Of a DNA stretch of 64,000 nt, positions 25,801 through 35,286 are shown piece by piece. The DNA is taken from positions 30,816,001 to 30,880,000 of the forward strand of contig CM052818.1 of NCBI GenBank assembly GCA_028534125.1, read 5' to 3'. The translations under genes and the position numbers were made by a program. This DNA is from Lama glama. Taxonomy: Eukaryota. The notes under the pieces are model-generated. The model did no database searches. It was not told the DNA's origin and saw only the letters and a list, made by a program, of their open reading frames with translations. Every line of letters begins with the position of its first letter. Position 1 is the stretch's first letter.

Positions 25801-28800
25801 CAAACCCTCTGCCTTTCTAGGTGGACAAGTTAATCGGACTTTAGTTACCCCTATTCCAGAGAGGCACATAGAAAGCATAGTGTGAGGAGGGAAGTTGCAA
25901 ATACAAAGAGTCTTTGCAGAAACTTTGCAGGAGGGGATGGTGGTCAGGTGGGCAGGTGTTGGGGCAGGTCCCCGCCTTGTCGCCAACTGTATGAACTTGG
26001 ACAAGATTATACTCACTGAGCCCTCATTTCATCATCCATAAAGGGGGCAGTTAGCACCTACCCCACCTATTAGGTGAAAGTGAAGTACGTAGTCAAGCGC
26101 GTAGCTCGGTGCTAGGCTCACTGTCAGGGCTCAAACAGAGGTGGCGTGGGGTGGTATCTTTCACCCAGTCTCTCTGGTGCATTTGGACATGATCTACAGG
26201 GCCAACCATTGAGCTTTGTTCATAAAAATAAATATAAGAGGCATTCTCAGCCACTCTATGCCTGACTTCTTCCATGAGTTGGTTTTGACAACAATGAAAA
26301 AAAGTTACTATTTTTTATTTCAATCACATCACATCGGCCATGTCAAAATGCCCTGCTCCACTAAATGGTGGCTGTTGGCATCTCGATCATCACCACCATC
26401 CTCTCCTCCCGGTGCAGTTGTGCTCCAGCTCATTCTATCCTTTCCTAGCAAGGGCGAGGGAGCCCCGGGCTGGACTGACCAGCCAGGGGAAGCCAACTAG
26501 GGATGTCCAACATTGAATGGGGCCGTCCCAAGTGGCACACTGCTCTGTGGAGGGCCCATCACTGCCTCCAGAGTTGTGGATGAAACTCCTCTGGTGGCTT
26601 TGACCTTAACTCTGCTATCAGCTTAATGCATCTGGCACCGTGAGTATCCAGGAATTCAGGGACCTGTGGAAGCAGCTGATGCTCTATCAGGTAAGAACAG
26701 GTGTTCCCCACACCCCATGGGATGGAGCAGAAATGGCAGTTCTGCAAAGCTGTGTAAGATACTTCTCTCCCTTTCAGCCCTCCTGCCCAAACACTCACCC
26801 AATCTTCTCTAATGTCCTTTGAGTGAGCCCTCCCCTCTCTCCCAAACTGAGAGCCTGTGGCAGTAGTCTCCTGAACTTCTCAAGGACACATCCGATCATG
26901 TGCTTCCTTACTAAAAGCTTTTTGAAACTCCCCCTGGCCTTCAGATCAAGTCCCCACTCCTTAGCGTGGCATTTAGAGTCCTTCATAAATTGGCCCCCTC
27001 CTGCTTTTCCAATCATTACTCACAACTCTCCCCGTCTCCTGAGTCATAAAGTTGGAAGCCCTTCAGAGTCTGGATGATATACTTAGATTATGCACATTTA
27101 CCTATACTCGCACTGTCCATGCCCTGGGACACAAAGACCGCTCTCGGTCCGAAGCCTTAAGGAGAACCGGGAGAGGGGGTGGGGTCCTGGCATGGACCCT
27201 CTGCCATAATCTCGCTGGGGCAGCTGGCCCCATAGGTGGAGCCTCATAGTCCTGCAGCCTTGACCCTGGGGTGCAAGGAGCTCTCAGGCAGTGCTTGGAA
27301 ATGGCTGGCTTCCTTAGCCTTTGGTGTGGCTTCTTCGCAGGAGGTTTTCCACAAGCAAGACACGAACCAGTCAGGATCCCTGAACTGGGCCCAGCTGCGG
27401 GCCGCCATGAGGGAGGCAGGTAAGCACGGGGTGGCGGGGAGTGGGTGGGGTTCTGGTGCTACCGGGGCACACACCCACCAGGCAGGCTGGGGAAGGGGTA
27501 CGCGAAGTCCTGCAGTAATTCTGACAAGCAAAGTTACTCCCTGAGTTTCGAGGCCCAGAGATGAGGATCTGCAAATAACTGAAACATTTATTACCGTCAC
27601 TACGATTGATCACAGCTAACATTTATTGAAGGCTGGAAATCCTCACTCCCATTTAATCTTTGCCACACCCTGTTATAAGCCCCACTTTACAGAGGAAGAA
27701 ATTGAAGCTCAGAGAAGTTAAGTAACTTGCCCGGGGCTTAAATCCAGGGCTCCTGGGCTCCAAGGCAGATGCTCCTGACCACTAAGCCGACTGCTTCCTT
27801 CCTGCCTTGAAGGCTAGTGATTCACTTGATAAAAAGATCCTCATGCTGGTTGCCTAGGGGACCGAGATGGAGAATGAAGGTAAAATAAAATTAAGAGGCT
27901 AAGTAATTGAATGATACAGAATGATCCCTGTAAAAGAGGATCCTGTTCTGTTAGGGTTCAGGAAGTGGAGGGACAATTTAGGGGCCTCTGGTGGGAGGGG
28001 AGCTGGATGTGAGGCCCCGGCACCCATGGCAGGAGCGTGTTCGCTGCAGGAATTGTGCTCGGTGATGATGTCTGCCAGCTGATGCTTATCCGCTATGGTG
28101 GCCCTGATCTCCAGATGGACTTTGTCAGCTTTGTCCACTTGATGCTGCGTGTGGAGAACATGGAGGGTGAGCTGGGGAAAAGGGGCCCTGGGGCTTCCAC
28201 TCCTCATGGATTGCCCACCTGTCCCCACTTCAAGCATGAGAGAGGACAGCTGCCAGTGCAGAAATCACAGCCAGCGTGCTGTGCGCCCCTGCAGCTGGGA
28301 TCTACCTTGTCTGCTCCAGGGCAAAGGTTTGAGGTGGCCGGCTTATAATAAGTGTGGCCACGTGTTTGCCCAGAGGCCAAAATTGAGATGCTGGGTGAGG
28401 GGACCTAAGGGAGGAACTAGCCCCTAATGTTTCCAACACACACACACCGTAGCTGTGTTCCTTTCTGCCACATTTTCACAGATGTCTTCCAAAACTTGAC
28501 CCAAGATGGCAAAGGGATATACCTCCAGAAGCCAGAGGTAAGACCTTCCCCACCGGGTTGGCTAACATTATCTTAGGGAGAAGTGGCCGCTGCAGGTCCA
28601 GGGTCCTGTGAAGGAGAAGGGTTCTGGGGCCCTTTCTTCTCCTGAGTTCAGGATGCAGGGCTGTATTAATTGCACTCAGTCATCCATTCATCAGATATCA
28701 CTGGCAACCACCGTGTGCCGGGCACATGTGCAGGGAACAGGAGATTGACTCAGTGCCCAGTAACTATGACCTCAATCACGCCGCATGACAGATCCAGACA

Positions 28801-30850
28801 GCTTCAGTGGCGACAGCAGCATTTATTCAGCTCCCCCGGCATGTGGCGGGGAGTCAGCGGGTCCCAGCTGGCTCATGCATCGGTGGGTCAGCTGGGGCTT
28901 TGCCAGGGTTCCTTCACTGAGGAAGCTCTGGCCAGGCTCGCTCATCTTAGGACAATGGTGGAAGCACAGGGGAGCCACTAAAACACACAGGGGCTCTGAG
29001 GCCAGGGCTCCCATCTGGCAGCTGTGACTTGCAACCCCTTCTCTTGTCCAAAGCAAGTCCTATGGCCAAGCCCACTTCCCCTCTGCCAGGAGAGGAACTT
29101 CAAAGTCACTTGCAGAGGGTAGACCCGGAGAAGGGTGGAGACCTGGACTGGCAATCAACTCTAGCACAGACAGTAGTAGGGCAGCTGGCTGGATCAAGCC
29201 TTCCACAGAGGCCTTTCAAGAGGAGGTGACATCGAAGCTGAAACATCACAGATAACCAGGAGCCAGGCAGGGAGAGTGGAGAAGAGGAAAGGCCCTGCTG
29301 AGAGGGACGGCATGTGTGCTCGGGGCTGGAGTGGGGAGAGTGGGGAAGCTGGGTCCAGAGGAGTCTGAAGAGATCACAGTCAGATCAGGTAAAACCTACA
29401 GGCTAGAAATAAACCTCCTGTCAAGGGCTGGCTGAGCCTTTCCCATATGGGCAGGGGTTCCCATCTTGTCTCTGTATCCTCTTCCCAAATTGCTTTGCAC
29501 ATAGTAGGTACTTGATAAATGTTGGTTGAATGAATGAAGTGATATTCTGAGGAGGAAACAAATCTGTGTCTGACACTGATTGTCTTCCCTGATCATTCAG
29601 GCTGCATGGATTCACTGAGCACCTCCTCTGTGCCAGGTGTGAGACCAGGTGGTGTTCACTGCAAAGACACTGGAGTCTGGAATTGGGTCCTCTGCCCTTT
29701 CTTTCCAAAACACAGCCTCTGAGCAGCTTAGAAAGGGACTAGTAAAAGCTGAGATTTCTTCCTTGACCTCAGATGTCCATTTTATGGAATAATCTAAGAT
29801 ATAGGGACTCCCTCTATCGCTCCCATATTTGAGTATGAAGGTAGGATGCAACTGGAGGGGCAATGGTTAGAATCTTCTGAGCACATCCACACCCACAGAT
29901 CCCCAAGGTCCCCTCCTGATCCCAAGCAATCCTTCCATAGCAGCAGGCTCAGAGCAGAGAGAGTGGGACAACAGGACACCCACAGCCTGAACGGGCTCCT
30001 GAAAGAGACGTGCTTTCATGGAAAGAGAGCTGGACCGAGACTCGGGTTGAAGCCATAGCAGTCCTTGCAACTACCTGTGGGACTGTCGGCAAATCACATT
30101 CAATCTCTGGGCCCCAACTTCCCTATGTGTGGGTTGGGCTGGGTCTTCAAGATTCTCTCCAGCTCTGACCATCTCTGGTTCCTTGAGGAGATCCTCAAGG
30201 CAATCCAAGTTAGTCTACAGGGACTGGCAGCCGACTTGATGGCGTTTCCCTCTGGGGTTTTCTCTGACATTGTTGCTAACTTCACCATCTTCATCTTCAT
30301 CATCTCTAGCATCCGCATCACAATTTTTATGTAACGGACCTGGGAAGTGGTTTCCCCAGAGGTCCCCCCGTGTGAGTTAGAGGGACCACTCATCACACCC
30401 ACATAAAGCTGTCAGACAAATGGGCCCATAAATGTAAACACGGAGAATATGTGCTAATGGATTTCTGCTACCTGGCCGGTCCACACCTGCACACTGCTGT
30501 CACGAGCATGCCAAATTGAATTTGTGGGGGAAAATTGCATTGAGAATTGAATATAGAATCAGCCTGTATCTTGGCTATCATCATTCACAAGCACCATGAG
30601 AAGTCAAGGTTGATTATATTTCAGGTTGATTTATACTTACTACCGGATAGTGAGGTCCCTCTGGCTAAACCATCCATTAATGTCCTGTCTCCATGGCTTC
30701 CCAGGAGTGAGAGGGAGGCGGCCCCAAGTCCTGTGTCAGGCTCTAGGACCTGGTGACTGTGAAGTGAAGCATCCTTAACTGATGGGTCTGAACAGACCAT
30801 AATTTGCTTTCCCATTATTCTAGTGGTTGATGATGACTCTGTACACCTGA
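4638..30850 (+). CDS. CAPN14: Calpain-14, spliced CDS of 21 coding exons, 2064 nt, 687 aa (686 if the distal NAGNAG acceptor at 9009 is used); CysPc catalytic core, C2-like (CBSW) domain, penta-EF-hand domain
   Basis: Exons joined by hand at GT-AG sites give one open frame: [12 protein letters not shown] (Cys), GHAYTLTG (His), KLRNPWG (Asn), [31 protein letters not shown], ending [12 protein letters not shown]. Colinear with human CAPN14 as I recall it. Confidence 0.97.
5955..6185 (+). mobile_element. LINE-1 fragment (end of ORF2)
   Basis: ctaattcaaaaagatacat...agttgccaagatatggaagcaccctaagtg...gagtggataaagaagatg. Confidence 0.85.
6537..6606 (+). CDS. CAPN14: CAPN14 coding exon 2: [23 protein letters not shown](G)
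   Basis: cccgcag/ ... TAG/gtaagt; 70 nt, phase 0 to 1. Confidence 0.96.
7461..7579 (+). CDS. CAPN14: CAPN14 coding exon 3, catalytic Cys (TGC 7466-7468): [14 protein letters not shown]...GIFQFW
   Basis: gcttag/ ... TGG/gtgagt; 119 nt. Confidence 0.97.
7689..7702 (+). promoter_or_regulatory. Candidate intronic CTCF site
   Basis: TCACCAGAGGGCGC versus core consensus CCACYAGRKGGCGC (one mismatch). Confidence 0.55.
7716..7852 (+). CDS. CAPN14: CAPN14 coding exon 4: [17 protein letters not shown]...ALLEKAYA(K)
   Basis: ttccag/ ... TAA/gtaagg; 137 nt. Confidence 0.97.
8259..8433 (+). CDS. CAPN14: CAPN14 coding exon 5: [11 protein letters not shown]...EALVDFTGG...CQTHSG
   Basis: gggcag/ ... GGG/gtgaga; 175 nt. 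Confidence 0.96.
9007..9072 (+). CDS. CAPN14: CAPN14 coding exon 6, catalytic His (CAT 9043-9045): (K)[21 protein letters not shown]
   Basis: ctacag/aag/gag tandem acceptor; AAG/gtgggt donor; 66 or 63 nt. Confidence 0.94.
10129..10563 (-). mobile_element. MaLR LTR (MLT1C/D-like) inserted into a MIR
   Basis: gggctgctgtaacaaattgccacaaattgggaggcttaaa...attcaactcactgca; MIR halves at about 10045-10128 and 10564-10662. Confidence 0.8.
10803..10888 (+). CDS. CAPN14: CAPN14 coding exon 7, catalytic Asn (AAC 10845-10847): [28 protein letters not shown]
   Basis: atgcag/ ... CAG/gtgagc; 86 nt. Confidence 0.97.
11050..11135 (-). mobile_element. Short LINE-1 3' end
   Basis: aagtgtagttgacttaccgtgttgtgttcatttcaggggtacagcaaagtgattcagttatata. 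Confidence 0.75.
11190..11365 (-). mobile_element. MIR SINE
   Basis: Core ctccattttactgatgaagaaactgatgcttag. Confidence 0.8.
11832..11856. repeat. (AT)n microsatellite
   Basis: About 12 perfect units. Confidence 0.95.
12050..13040 (-). mobile_element. Old L1M-type LINE fragment
   Basis: T-rich with L1M-like phrases (atttcattttagatattatatttttcaattctaga; ttttttattggatgctggacactgtgaattt); boundaries approximate. Confidence 0.65.
13406..13480 (+). CDS. CAPN14: CAPN14 coding exon 8: [24 protein letters not shown](W)
   Basis: tttcag/ ... CTG/gtattc (weak donor); 75 nt; DGEFW motif. Confidence 0.95.
14525..14688 (+). CDS. CAPN14: CAPN14 coding exon 9: [10 protein letters not shown]...[17 protein letters not shown]
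   Basis: gcacag/ ... AAG/gtgagt; 164 nt. Confidence 0.96.
15696..15859 (+). CDS. CAPN14: CAPN14 coding exon 10: (D)[10 protein letters not shown]...LAIGFYLFR
   Basis: tcccag/ ... AGG/gtaggt; 164 nt. Confidence 0.96.
16347..16355 (+). CDS. CAPN14: CAPN14 coding exon 11, 9-nt microexon (MNK)
   Basis: ctctgttttgttttttag/ATGAACAAG/gtgagt; supplies the MNK between ...FYLFR and the ..DDQRR exon. Confidence 0.9.
18292..18497 (+). CDS. CAPN14: CAPN14 coding exon 12: [13 protein letters not shown]...[10 protein letters not shown]...[10 protein letters not shown](Y)
   Basis: cctgcag/ ... TTA/gtaagg; 206 nt. Confidence 0.96.
19012..19469. mobile_element. Internally deleted Tigger1 (Tigger1a_Art-like) DNA transposon
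   Basis: TA-CAGGC end; gcaataaagcaaatattgc...tttccagtgcatataaaaattatgtttacactgtattgtag match Tigger1 terminal sequence. Confidence 0.82.
19916..19952 (+). CDS. CAPN14: CAPN14 coding exon 13: [12 protein letters not shown]
   Basis: ctccag/ ... AAG/gtgagt; 37 nt, phase 2 to 0. Confidence 0.92.
20419..20475 (+). CDS. CAPN14: CAPN14 coding exon 14: [19 protein letters not shown]
   Basis: ctctag/ ... AAG/gtcagt; 57 nt. Confidence 0.93.
21814..21871 (+). CDS. CAPN14: CAPN14 coding exon 15: [19 protein letters not shown](G)
   Basis: ctctag/ ... CAG/gtgagt; 58 nt. Confidence 0.94.
22589..23362 (+). mobile_element. 5'-truncated LINE-1 (ORF2 end, 3' UTR, A-rich tail)
   Basis: gctggagagggtgtggagaaaagggaaccctcctacac...ccatatgatccagcaatcccactc...gacttcaataaa. 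Confidence 0.93.
23400..24800 (+). mobile_element. Ancient CR1/L3 LINE fragments, probably interrupted by a small DNA element near 24215-24510
   Basis: tttatcaaatctgcagacggcattgagctgggaggaatcg; gtgcattctagtcttggtaccacgttttggagagatg; heavily decayed. Confidence 0.55.
25232..25296 (+). CDS. CAPN14: CAPN14 coding exon 16: [21 protein letters not shown]
   Basis: tcacag/ ... GAT/gtatcctt (U12-type donor); 65 nt. Confidence 0.95.
25297..26621 (+). other. U12-type (minor spliceosome) GT-AG intron
   Basis: 5' site GTATCCTT; branch site CCTTAAC at 26604-26610, 11 nt before the end of the intron; no extended polypyrimidine tract. Confidence 0.93.
25335..25580 (+). mobile_element. MIR SINE inside the U12 intron
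   Basis: ctggagccaggctgcctggactggaatcc...tgtgatcttgaacaagtcactt. Confidence 0.8.
26622..26690 (+). CDS. CAPN14: CAPN14 coding exon 17: [23 protein letters not shown]
   Basis: tatcag/ ... CAG/gtaaga; 69 nt; completes EF-hand loop [12 protein letters not shown]. Confidence 0.95.
27341..27419 (+). CDS. CAPN14: CAPN14 coding exon 18: [26 protein letters not shown](G)
   Basis: tcgcag/ ... CAG/gtaagc; 79 nt. Confidence 0.95.
27610..27795 (-). mobile_element. MIR SINE
   Basis: cccactttacagaggaagaaattgaagctcagagaagttaagtaacttgccc. Confidence 0.85.
28050..28166 (+). CDS. CAPN14: CAPN14 coding exon 19: [17 protein letters not shown]...LRVENME
   Basis: ctgcag/ ... AGG/gtgagc; 117 nt. Confidence 0.96.
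28482..28537 (+). CDS. CAPN14: CAPN14 coding exon 20: (D)[18 protein letters not shown]
   Basis: tcacag/ ... GAG/gtaaga; 56 nt. Confidence 0.95.
30824..30850 (+). CDS. CAPN14: CAPN14 last coding exon: [12 protein letters not shown]
   Basis: ttctag/TGGTTGATGATGACTCTGTACACCTGA; typical classical-calpain C-terminus. Confidence 0.93.
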   Translation, partial: WLMMTLYT

Positions 30851-32200
30851 GAAGGCTGGACGCTCATTGGCCCTCATTCAGGACTCTGCATATGGCTTAA
30901 GGGTGGACTTTGGCTGAGACCAGCATATGCTCAACCCACCTGCAGTTGGCTGGACCACATCTCCAGCCATCACCTTCTCATCTGGGAAGACTTCTTTTCT
31001 GCAGATCACCCGCTTTGGATGGCCAGCATGCAAAAAGGGAAGGGAGATAGTAACGATCGCCTTGGACTTGTAAAGATCAGCTCTTTCTCTGTGATCACAA
31101 CCTTGCCACAAGCAGAGATGTGGCTTAATCAATCTGCTCCAGACTTGGCGTGCTAAACCTTTATACAATGCTGCCTCCATGGATGTCCAACTTAAATGAC
31201 CTTAGACATGCCAAGTGTCATCACATTTGGGGTAATAGTCTAGGTTTCAATGTCTGAAGAGGGAATGATACATTTGTGGACACCTGTACCGGCATCTATA
31301 AATTGATAGAGGCGTAGGCTAAGTTTTAACTGTTTGAGGGAGGGATGGGGATATATTGAGCTTTCAAGAGCACAGAAAATGACAAAATTGGTAGGGACTA
31401 GGTGAGATGGGCTGGCTTTGGCACCTGAGGTCACTGGGTGATCTTCTGCTGACAATGTCTCCAGATGATTGGACTTGGGGAGGTACCAGTGGATTTAAAA
31501 TACCTGACTTCTTAAAGGGCTTCCTGCTTCAAATGGGTGTTAGTCTATTTACTTGACCTATGGGCTATCAAATCTATTTCAAAGAACAACAAATCCATGC
31601 TACATCATTGAGTTAATCTGTAGACAGTTGGTATATCTTATCTTTTTGAACTACATAGATACCTCATTTTCCTGGCATCCCTAACAACGCAGAACCCAGG
31701 TGGAAAACCACAGCAGTGGCCATTTTCCAAAGCCCATGAATTTTACTCATAAGTTAGCAACCCAGAGCCATTTGTTAAAATTCTATTTATTATTAATTTA
31801 CAAACTATTCTAACAAACATAGCTATCTGGTTTCCAGGTCCAGCTAAAGATGGAGGCTGAATAAGGGGATAAAAGAGTGTCCATTGGCAGAACTAGAGGA
31901 AGTGTGACAGCCCGGTAGGTGGGCTCTGCAGGGGGACAGAGCACTTTCAAAGCATGGCTCAAGGAAGTAGGAAAGCATTTTATTTAGAAAAACTTTTATT
32001 TATTCCAAATGATAAAATGTAAAATGGTTTGCCATAAAGTACCATCTACAGTAGTAAATGAGGTATTACTACTTTTGTAGCATCACGTATTTATAGTCTT
32101 TTAAAGATTTATATGTCTATTTATTTATCAGTATCTGTGTCTTTAGACTCTGCCATTGTAAATATTTGTTTTTATTAAATAATTGTTGCTTTGCTCCATG
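30851..32200 (+). other. CAPN14: Probable CAPN14 3' UTR with AU-rich distal part
   Basis: Follows the stop codon; several ATTTA motifs in 31975-32130; 3' end inferred from the polyA signal. Confidence 0.6.
32174..32179 (+). terminator. Candidate polyadenylation signal ATTAAA
   Basis: Preceded by TGTA and AU-rich sequence, followed by T/GT-rich tract at about 32217-32230; an alternative AATAAA lies at 32613. Confidence 0.6.
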
Positions 32201-33723
32201 AAGGCAATTATGCATATTTTTTTGGGTGGTAGGAAGGTGGTACCCTTATCCCGTTCATGACTCTTGCATTACAGTGTGATGGTTCTGCTTGGTGCAGAAG
32301 GAATCTATGTCCAAATTAATTAAATCTGATAGAGCTCCCCCTTTTGGCTTCTGGGGGGTCTGAGCTGCCCCCCTGACACTCATGTGTTATCCTCACTACC
32401 CTGAATTTATGTACCACTGTGGCAACTCAGAGATGACGTGTGCCCTGCTGACCTCCATCCCTGCTGAGCCCCTCCAATGCCCCCCAAAGCTGAGTACTGG
32501 AGAGAGGGGCAGAGCCACCTCCCCCTCCTACCTCACCCCTGCCCATCTTCTGTCACTCCAGGGTGTGGGGGAAGGGAAAAATCTAGGACAGAATAGACTG
32601 TTCAAGCGTCAGAATAAAGTCATGCCACAGGTCTGAGTGGTAGGTATCAGTGGTGGACACCAGAAGTCAAAAGCCAAAGCTTATCATGACCAAGCAGGTG
32701 GAAGGTGTGGAAGCAGGTGGAAGTCCAGGAAAGGAGGAACAAGGAGTTGGTCCTTAGATTCCAAGAGAGGTGAGGTCAGGGAGTCCAGAAGGTTGTGTTG
32801 TCCAGAGGTCCAGCCCAAGCAGTCACACATGCCGGGGGAGCCTGTCCTAGGCTTTCAAATCTCAGAGAACAATGACGCTAATTGATAAAAGAAAAGGACA
32901 GTGCCAGAGGGGGCTAAAATATCTGCCCTTTCTCTATCCCTGCTTTTCCACTTCCCCTTCTCTCATGTTTTGTATAAAGACTCAGTCACCCGAGAGAAAC
33001 TTCCAGATTCCAGTTAAGGCCCGGGGCAGGGCAGTCAGCAGTTGGCTGTAAGGAGCACGACCTTCCCTCTGCCGTCACGCTGGGTTAGAGTGATCTCAGC
33101 CTCCGAGATTTTCGAGCCGATGTTTTCCCCATTAAATATTGGTATTTCTATTTATACTGAAATAAAAAAGGAAAAACTGAGTTTTGTGGGTACTGGGTGG
33201 GTAAAGGGGGGCCAGCTCTGCCTGGCCTGGTGGAGGGACAAGCTATGTGCCCAGCTCTGGGGGAGCTCTGGGAAGATGGCCCCCTGGGGTCGCCGGCCCT
33301 ACGGCCTGAGTTACCAGCTCCCTCCCAGTGTCCCCAGGACTGGGCAGGTACAAAATCCAGCAGGGATGAAAGTGAGGGGAGGTAAGGCAGGAACATTCTA
33401 GCTGGGTGACGTGGGACCTCAGGTGACTCATTTGCAAAATGCAGCCCCAGATATCTACCTTACTGGGTCACCATGAAGAGTAAATAATGCTGGTAAGCTG
33501 TCGGCACTTGATAAATGAAGCACCTCTTTTTCCCTTGGGCAGTCCAAGTATTTTTTTTCTACAACTATTATTATTTATTTTTGGTTTTGGGTTTTTTCCT
33601 AAAGGTTCTGTACTTTATGAGTAATTTGTGAAATATGAACTATTATTATTAAATTTTCATTTTTAGCCATAATCCTAAACACCTCTTAGATTCTTTTTTT
33701 TATAATTCATAAATAGATAGTAC

Positions 33724-33840
33724 TTTTATTTATTTTTATTGAAGTATAATCAGTTTACAATGTTGTATTAATTTCAGGGAATATTCAATATCTTGTAATA
33801 GCCTATATAATGAAAAAAATATGAAAAGGAATATATACAT
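33724..33840 (-). mobile_element. Short 5'-inverted LINE-1 insertion
   Basis: 33724-33778 is the L1 3' terminus on the - strand; 33778-33840 is upstream L1 3' UTR sequence on the + strand (compare 23214-23350). Confidence 0.75.
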
Positions 33841-34870
33841 TTATTTTTGTTTGTTGTTTTCAAGACATGGTCTCCCATCCTGACCACTCTTCTGAAATGC
33901 TCAAGCTGTTATACTCCATTTCTACTTTCCTCTTCTTCCTCCACATCCCCTCTCTGGACGTATCACCACCTCTGTGAAGTGTGGCCTCAGGAGGGCTGCC
34001 CCCGTCTCCAGTGCCAGGGTCCCAGCTCCAGGGACCTCTGAGAAAGGGGCCATCTTGTTATTGAAGTTCCTTTTAAGTGAAACATACAGCAACTCTGCCT
34101 TCTGCTCACCTGGAACCTCGGAAGCAGGAGAAGGCTTACTCATTGAAGCCCTAGGGTGTCAGTGAGGGGTTCTCTGGACCACAGATACAGTCTGGAGACC
34201 ATACTGACCAGCAGATGTTTCAGAAACTCTGCTGGCTAATTTAGATGTGACCTAGGACTAACCTGCCACTAGTAGGGAGAAGGCATGACCAGGATGCAGT
34301 TACTCTCCATTAGACCAACGTCCTCTCAGTGATCTCCACTGACTGGATCAGTAGGTTAACTCAGCTGGTTTGCATGTGGCCTGGCATGGTAAGGCCAGTT
34401 GGGAAGTGAGCTCTTATCTCATTCACTTGTCCAGCCAGCCAGCTGTTCAAACATTTACCCATCCATCAGAAGACGTGTCAGCCTCCTACAGTGGGTCGGG
34501 AGCTGTGTGAGGCATTGGGGACACAGAATCACGGTCTACTGGGGTGACAGATGACTGACAGGTGGTCTGAGGTGCACTGTGGTGGGCATGCACCGAGTGC
34601 TATGGAAGACCTGAGGGCAGGTGCCAGGCCAACCTGAGAAGGTCAGGGGAGGCCTCGTGGGAGTGATGCTTAGCCATCTTAAAGAATAGAGACAATAAAG
34701 GAGAGCAGCGAGGTTCCAGATAGAGGGTCCTGCACGTGGCAAAAAAAAAGATACAGAATCAAGGAAGGAAATGGTGTGTTTGGAAAAGGAGCAGCGAGAG
34801 CTTAGCTTGTGGGGTAGTGGTGGGAGTGAGGCCGCACAGACAGTTGGGGGCCCGGCAAGCTCTGTCCTGG

Positions 34871-35286
34871 TGTCGGCAGCCTTCAGTGAGCAGGCCGTGG
34901 GACCCAGGCCAAAGTTCACAGTAGCTTGCACCTCGTAAGAGGTAAATGTAAGCATGCGCCAGTAGCATGACCACCACGCATGTGCCAGTATCATGAGTCA
35001 GCATTATGAACAATACGCATGCGCAGGCAGAATATATCTATATATGTGTGTATGTGTAGATATATAAAGGACAAGTGAGCCACGCCGGGGCGCGCCATCT
35101 TGTTGAACCAGAAGGAAGTGCTGAGCGCCGCCTGCCGCGCGCGCCACCAGCTGCAATACTGCAAGAAAGTGCTGTTTCACTCCATGTTGGCTCCTCGCGC
35201 ATTATGTCGGCTCTCCGAGCATTTTTCCAGTTGGGCAGCTCACCTCCTGGAATCCCTCTCCAGCCTCCAGCCTCCCTCAGCTGACA
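34871..35286 (+). mobile_element. Solo LTR (416 bp), probably ERVL-class and lineage-specific
   Basis: TGTCGGCAG...CAGCTGACA termini; perfect 5-bp TSD CCTGG (34866-34870 and 35287-35291); TATA box at 35061; CpG-rich. Confidence 0.85.

Noticed and set aside
30181..30200. 9-bp perfect inverted repeat CCTTGAGGA-GA-TCCTCAAGG
   Set aside because: A few stems of this length are expected by chance in 64 kb; too short for a pre-miRNA
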